NCBI GenBank assembly: GCA_944393215.1
Contig: CALXZL010000003.1
Coordinates: 87,238-151,237 of the forward strand
DNA from: an uncultured Alphaproteobacteria bacterium
GTDB lineage: Bacteria > Pseudomonadota > Alphaproteobacteria > RF32 > CAG-239
Reading direction: 5' to 3'
Length of the DNA stretch: 64,000 nt
Under the pieces are notes generated by a model. That model was not told where the DNA came from, did not search any database, and saw only the letters and a program-made list of their open reading frames with translations. Below are positions 59,677 to 64,000 of the stretch, one piece after another. How positions within the stretch are numbered: the stretch's first letter is position 1; every line of letters begins with the position of its first letter. The position numbers and the translations under genes were made by a program.

Positions 59677-60039
59677 CTAAAAGAGCAATAACTGTCCATT
59701 TTTTTCGCGAATCTCTTCTTCATTATCTTCAAAATTCTTGCCTAAATAGTTCTCGGTCATTAGATATTGTTTATCCGTGATATAAATAAATGATACCGAA
59801 GAATTATCCGGTATGAATTTGGATAACTTTTTAGTTAAGGTTTGTCCTACCGACAAACTCTTAACCGGTTTGATGTAAACGGAAAACTGCTTCATCATAA
59901 AACCTTCATCAAGTAGGAGATTGCGAAAGCGGGTGGCTTTGCGCATCTCGGTTCGAGTTCTGACCGGTATGTCAAACATACAGATTATCCACATCATTGA
60001 CCAGCCGGTTAAGGTTTCACGCCGCTTTTGTCGAGCCAT
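59677..60039 (-). CDS. cas2: CRISPR-associated endoribonuclease Cas2 (II-A-like MFDMP-type)
   Basis: MMWIICMFDIPVRTRTEMRKATRFRNLLLDEGFMMKQFSVYIKPV resembles Streptococcus-type Cas2 ([42 protein letters not shown]). The likely true start is the MM at 59997. The longer ORF overlaps the cas9 end. Confidence 0.85.
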   Translation of the reverse strand: MARQKRRETLTGWSMMWIICMFDIPVRTRTEMRKATRFRNLLLDEGFMMKQFSVYIKPVKSLSVGQTLTKKLSKFIPDNSSVSFIYITDKQYLMTENYLGKNFEDNEEEIREKNGQLLLF

Positions 60040-63000
60040 TGCTCAATACCTTGTGTTTCTTTTTTATTTTCCCAAATGGGGTTAATTCTATTTTTCTTAC
60101 TCTATATTTGCATAACCATTGTAAGCTCTTATCTTCTAATAAAACTGGTAGCATATACTTTGGTTTGCTATTAGCATTTTCTCCATTTCTTGCATCATTT
60201 GATAGTTTTATTCCTAATTGGTTTCTTCCAAATCTAAACTTAACAATTTCAGCAATGCAACGTTGTTTATCTGTATATTCTTTCCATTCTTCTGGGGTAT
60301 TCAATTCAAGCAAATCACCTTGCTGCACAGACCATATGATTTTTCCTCCATCTTGTTGCCATTGTGGAACAAAATCTTTTTGGTTTATGTCAAAAAGCCT
60401 AATTACTTCGCCATTGATTTTTTCATTTTGCTCATAAACTTCTAAACAATAATTATTCCGCCCTTCATACGCAACGCCATGCTTGGGGATATAAACCAAT
60501 GAAGAATTGTTTTCATAACTCCTAAATTTATCGCCTTTCCATAACTTTTTCTCTTGAATGAGATAAAAAGCCCTAGTTAAAATACGACTTTCGGTGATGG
60601 AAATTTCTTTTTTGCCTTCAGATGCAGCTTTTTCGTTTTCAGCAATCAGAATTTGCTCGGCTGTATTTGCATAAAGTTCAAAGGCTTTGACTAATTGAGC
60701 TTGCTTTGCTTTGTCTTCGGCAATGTGCTTATTCCACTCATCTTTAATGGAATCGGGAATGAGTAATTTGTTTAAGTCTTTCATTGATTTAACAACTTGT
60801 AATATCTTGCGTGAATAAACCGTGATTAAGGATTTGCTGTCATCCGGGTTTATGCATAAAACCGTTCTACCGGTTTCTTTATGGAGTTTTCCTGCTTTGC
60901 TGTGTTCGGGCTTGTGCGAAACATTAACCTTTTTTAAAACATCAATAACTTGACGGCGAAACTCTCCGACTGACTCAATACTTGTTAACGGAAGAGGTAC
61001 ATGCTGATGCGGTAAATCGATTTCATTAGCCATATGCTGGATCAGAGAACGATTCATACAAGCAACAGTTATGGCGTCCATGGCGTGATGACGATGGTCA
61101 ATTCTGGGCTTTGATACCCATTCTTTGTTCTTAGTTTTATCAAAAAATCTCCATTTGCCATCAATATTAGGTTGTTTTACTCCTTCAATAACTTCTCCAG
61201 TATCTTGCTCAACCCAATAAGGAGAACAATTTATATATCTTGGAATATCCAATCCCATGAGATCATATTCCAAACCTTGTAAGTTCCAACAGCGGCGCAT
61301 TTGAGCAGTTTGAGCTCCTTTAACAGGAAGAATCCGATTATGAATCACTTCTTCACTATCTGGGCTATCAACAATTGCTCTTAAATATCTTGCTGCCATT
61401 TTGGAGACATAACGCGTATCTGTTAAATAGCGTGTAGTTTCATCTGCATCCCCTTCTTCTTCGAATTTTTCACGAGCGTCGGCCTCAAAACGCCATGCTT
61501 TGGCAGGTGTTCTCTCTCGGGCATTTTGTAATATGGTCCTTATCATTTCGGGAGATTTTGCTTTTAGAAAATACTCATAAGCAAAGTCATTCCCTTTGGC
61601 TAAATTGTCCGGACGATTGACCAAACAGAGATTGTAATAAGTATCGGTTCCGCCTTTGGCTTGCGGAATGATATGTTCTATTTCAAAACCGACAAAATTT
61701 CTTGTGATATCATCCGTCGGATTATAAGCGTCTTTCCAACCTTGTTCTTTGGCTAGTTTATATTTCAAAATGTTCTTGCCGTTAATAAACAGCTTGTGGT
61801 CTTTTAAGTATTGTTTGGCCTCTTCATTAAGTTTTTCATTATTTTTTTGCTTTTGCTCTTCTTGCTTTTTCTTTTTGGTTGACATGCCAACATCTCGACC
61901 AAGCTCAATATTGATGTCATAAGGTTTGCCGTAAATGCGGATTATATCATTAATCACCAAGCGGAGTTGATTTAAAATCATATGAACTGCCGGATTGGCT
62001 ATTTTGCCCCATTTGATTTCATCAGGATTAAGATTTTTGTTGTTTTTGACCATTAATGGTGGAAGCGGTTGTGTATCAGCCTGCAAAATCTCGCCATAAT
62101 AAGGAAGTTCATGACATTTGCCTTGGTTTTGGCGGGCGACTTCTTCCGATGCCATAAATCTGTTATCATTTTTAGCTAAATCATCGGTTATTTCACGGTG
62201 GGTTATTACTTGTTCTTTTAATTTTTCCAAAATAATTTTTGAGGCACTTTCACCTAACATTCCGCGACCTTTGGGAAGTTTGGTAAGTAGCTTGCCAATT
62301 TCTTTGTCATCATCAATTTTTAGAATCGGTTTTAAGTGCGTTATTAGCTCATCCTCACTATATAAGCGACCATTTTTATCATTGGGGTTGACCGGATTAG
62401 CTAAAAAGTCAACAAATTTTGCCAATTCTTCATCTGAGAGCTTTTGTATATATTCTATCTCTGAGAATTCGGGACGTGAGTATAAATAAGCCTTGATGTT
62501 TTTATCATCAAGTAAAGAAATTTTTTGTTGAGCTGAAAGACCTAATAATTTTTTGATAGCTGATTTTCCGGCATTTTTGCCTTGCAATAAAAGCTCATTG
62601 ATAATTTTATCTCTTTCTTCTAAAGTTAGCTTGCGTTTATTGGTGTCGCTTAATACACGGATATTATTTACTTCTTCATAAATACGTCTTAATTCTGATA
62701 ATGGATGTGCTTTCAGCAGTCTGTCTTCATCTTTGAAATAAATACATTTTCCAGTAGCATAAGGAGCTGGTGGATGCTCATAAAACAAAATATCATAAAT
62801 TTCTTTTTTCAGACCTTCCTTTTGCATTTGCGTAAAGTATTGAGCCTGTGTATCCCAAATTCGGTTAAACTCATCTTTTACCAGATAGCGGGGAATTGCA
62901 TAATCTACAATGTGTTGTTTTAAGGCGTGTTCTTTTTGGCGGATAATTCTTTTTTCAGGATTTATTTTTTCGCCTTTTTCATCCTTTGCATATCCTTCAC

Positions 63001-63529
63001 AAATTCTTTTATAAAAAAACTCACCGATCGTTTTAGAATTTGTTTGCTTTAAATGCTCTGCCATCATGTCATAGGCTGATTTTTTTGCCTTTGATTTTTC
63101 TCCTTCTTCCAAAATTTCTTCTTGTAACTCTTCAGAGGCAGATACAAATCCAGCTCCGCGATGTTTAGCCATATGCAGAATAGCTCGTCCGATATAATTG
63201 GGATTGGCAAGCGTTCCGTTTACGGCATCAAAGCGAATTTTATAAGGAGATTTTGCTCTTAATTTATCCGTTCCTTCCGGCGTATTGTTTACCCATAGCT
63301 GGTTTTCAAAAAGTTTTTGGGCTAACAATTCCAGCCTTTGGCGGGTGCGAATCTGATTTTTTCGCATTGTTCGTTTGGTTCGTCTGTCTTCGGCTCCTTC
63401 CGATACATTAAAGATACGAACTCCGGCATCAATAATCTTTTGAGGATTGTTACACTCATCTAACTCAATAATTGCGCTACCAATGGAGCCAACTCCTAAA
63501 TCCAAACCCAAACGATACTTCATAAACAT
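60017..63529 (-). CDS. cas9: CRISPR-associated endonuclease Cas9 (1170 aa)
   Basis: RuvC-I is YRLGLDLGVGSIGSA. The Arg-rich bridge helix follows. HNH is FEIEHIIPQAKGGTDTYYNLCLVNRPDNLAKGN. RuvC-III is HHAMDAITVAC. cas2 is adjacent. Confidence 0.95.
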   Translation of the reverse strand: MFMKYRLGLDLGVGSIGSAIIELDECNNPQKIIDAGVRIFNVSEGAEDRRTKRTMRKNQIRTRQRLELLAQKLFENQLWVNNTPEGTDKLRAKSPYKIRFDAVNGTLANPNYIGRAILHMAKHRGAGFVSASEELQEEILEEGEKSKAKKSAYDMMAEHLKQTNSKTIGEFFYKRICEGYAKDEKGEKINPEKRIIRQKEHALKQHIVDYAIPRYLVKDEFNRIWDTQAQYFTQMQKEGLKKEIYDILFYEHPPAPYATGKCIYFKDEDRLLKAHPLSELRRIYEEVNNIRVLSDTNKRKLTLEERDKIINELLLQGKNAGKSAIKKLLGLSAQQKISLLDDKNIKAYLYSRPEFSEIEYIQKLSDEELAKFVDFLANPVNPNDKNGRLYSEDELITHLKPILKIDDDKEIGKLLTKLPKGRGMLGESASKIILEKLKEQVITHREITDDLAKNDNRFMASEEVARQNQGKCHELPYYGEILQADTQPLPPLMVKNNKNLNPDEIKWGKIANPAVHMILNQLRLVINDIIRIYGKPYDINIELGRDVGMSTKKKKQEEQKQKNNEKLNEEAKQYLKDHKLFINGKNILKYKLAKEQGWKDAYNPTDDITRNFVGFEIEHIIPQAKGGTDTYYNLCLVNRPDNLAKGNDFAYEYFLKAKSPEMIRTILQNARERTPAKAWRFEADAREKFEEEGDADETTRYLTDTRYVSKMAARYLRAIVDSPDSEEVIHNRILPVKGAQTAQMRRCWNLQGLEYDLMGLDIPRYINCSPYWVEQDTGEVIEGVKQPNIDGKWRFFDKTKNKEWVSKPRIDHRHHAMDAITVACMNRSLIQHMANEIDLPHQHVPLPLTSIESVGEFRRQVIDVLKKVNVSHKPEHSKAGKLHKETGRTVLCINPDDSKSLITVYSRKILQVVKSMKDLNKLLIPDSIKDEWNKHIAEDKAKQAQLVKAFELYANTAEQILIAENEKAASEGKKEISITESRILTRAFYLIQEKKLWKGDKFRSYENNSSLVYIPKHGVAYEGRNNYCLEVYEQNEKINGEVIRLFDINQKDFVPQWQQDGGKIIWSVQQGDLLELNTPEEWKEYTDKQRCIAEIVKFRFGRNQLGIKLSNDARNGENANSKPKYMLPVLLEDKSLQWLCKYRVRKIELTPFGKIKKKHKVLSNGSTKAA

Positions 63530-63617
63530 CTCCTTGTCTTATTGTTGTGCAACTCTGCATAAAACAACTTATAATATTATCCTTGACTTTTCAATCAAAA
63601 TATTCTTATATTACAAG

Positions 63618-63726
63618 TGATATATGTTTTGATTTTTTCAGAGATTAATTAGACGGTCAATACATATATAATAAGGTTATATACCGTAAGATGAGGGGGT
63701 GAGTAATTGCCCCCATTATTTTTCAG
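63618..63726 (+). ncRNA. tracrRNA candidate, divergent from cas9
   Basis: The anti-repeat cagagattaattagacggtcaa (63639-63660) is a perfect complement of repeat positions 8-29. An AAGG-containing nexus-like segment follows. A terminator hairpin GGGGGTGAGTAATTGCCCCC plus TTATTTTT lies at 63695-63724. Candidate promoter elements are TTGACT (63583-63588) and TTATAT (63606-63611). Confidence 0.65.
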
Positions 63727-64000
63727 ATTTTATCTAAGATTATCGGATATTTGCGAAGCAGTTTTTGAAAAAGTTTTACGGCTTCTTTTTTATCTAATAT
63801 TTTCGGTAGTTTGAGAGTTACGCTATCGGTATTAACCTGTTTACCGGATGTATCAATAATGCAATATTTATTATTTACCGCGACAAAAGCCTGACCATTG
63901 CAAAACTCACCGACCTTATCAAAAATTATCGGAATGATGATTTTTCCGGTGTTGTCCATATATCCCCAGTGATTATGGCAAGTAATCGGTTTAAGCTCTT
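63723..64000 (-). CDS. WG-repeat (WG_beta_rep-like) protein, partial; continues beyond the window end
   Basis: GKIIIPIIFDKVGEFCNGQAFVAVNNKYCIIDTSGKQV matches the WG-containing repeat pattern. The reading frame is open to the window edge. Confidence 0.45.
   Translation of the reverse strand, partial: ELKPITCHNHWGYMDNTGKIIIPIIFDKVGEFCNGQAFVAVNNKYCIIDTSGKQVNTDSVTLKLPKILDKKEAVKLFQKLLRKYPIILDKI

Noticed and set aside
59997-60039. Long Cas2 start (MARQKRR...) overlapping the last 23 nt of cas9
   Set aside because: Type II Cas2 alignments begin only a few residues before the MFDxP motif. The internal MM at 59997 gives a conventional length and avoids the overlap. The longer ORF is reported only as the outer bound.
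63639-63660. Anti-repeat as an orphan degenerate CRISPR repeat
   Set aside because: It is a single copy in inverted orientation. It is followed by a structured tail and an intrinsic terminator, and has no flanking spacer-repeat periodicity. It is better explained as tracrRNA.

Overview
This 64-kb window is a low-GC Gram-negative chromosome segment. Assigning it to Proteobacteria is an inference from Tol-Pal-like ybgC-tolQRA and yebC-ruvCAB synteny and an HlyB/HlyD type I secretion system. The window is a mosaic of core genes and accessory or mobile regions. (1) Bases 1-7200 hold hlyD-hlyB T1SS export genes on the minus strand, an ankyrin-repeat secreted protein, an orphan paralog of the RTX N-terminal region, and a polytopic membrane protein translationally coupled to a giant RTX protein. 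That RTX protein (7192-14355, ~2390 aa) has many Ca-binding nonapeptide repeats and three near-identical 426-bp tandem repeats. (2) Bases 14860-18000 hold a decayed prophage: an overlapping Rz/Rz1 spanin pair, a holin, a gpW head-tail joining protein and an embedded Abi-family gene. (3) A second ankyrin-repeat gene follows, with the same ~200-bp promoter/signal-peptide cassette as the first. (4) A tRNA-Thr(UGU) locus (19888-22784) has 3'- and 5'-half duplicates that delimit a decayed island containing an integrase arm-domain fragment and an OLD-family ATPase fragment. (5) Next come a third RTX-family paralog, a cadC-HMA-cadA metal-efflux cassette, membrane and flotillin genes, pepP, prmA, yebC, ruvC, an HD-domain gene, ruvA, ruvB, ybgC, a NUDIX gene and tolQRA. 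(6) A ~7.8-kb integrated element (45511-53270) sits at tRNA-fMet, flanked by an 18-bp direct repeat. It carries a tyrosine integrase, two tail-to-tail serine recombinases, SHOCT-domain proteins and a small HUH-motif protein. (7) A type II CRISPR-Cas9 locus (57475-63726) has unusual layout. cas1 is on the plus strand; then a 19-repeat array of 36-bp repeats with ~30-bp spacers; then cas2 and cas9 on the minus strand; then a divergent tracrRNA upstream of cas9. Gene content is II-C-like, with repeat-embedded extended -10 motifs (TGATATGCT) and no csn2 or cas4 in the window. cas1 is split from cas2 by the array and inverted, and Cas2 resembles the II-A MFDMP type. I see no single unmistakable novel system, but the CRISPR architecture and the N-terminally polymorphic RTX / ankyrin cassette arrangement are the most unusual parts. 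All calls come from reading the sequence and the ORF track; no database searches were run.
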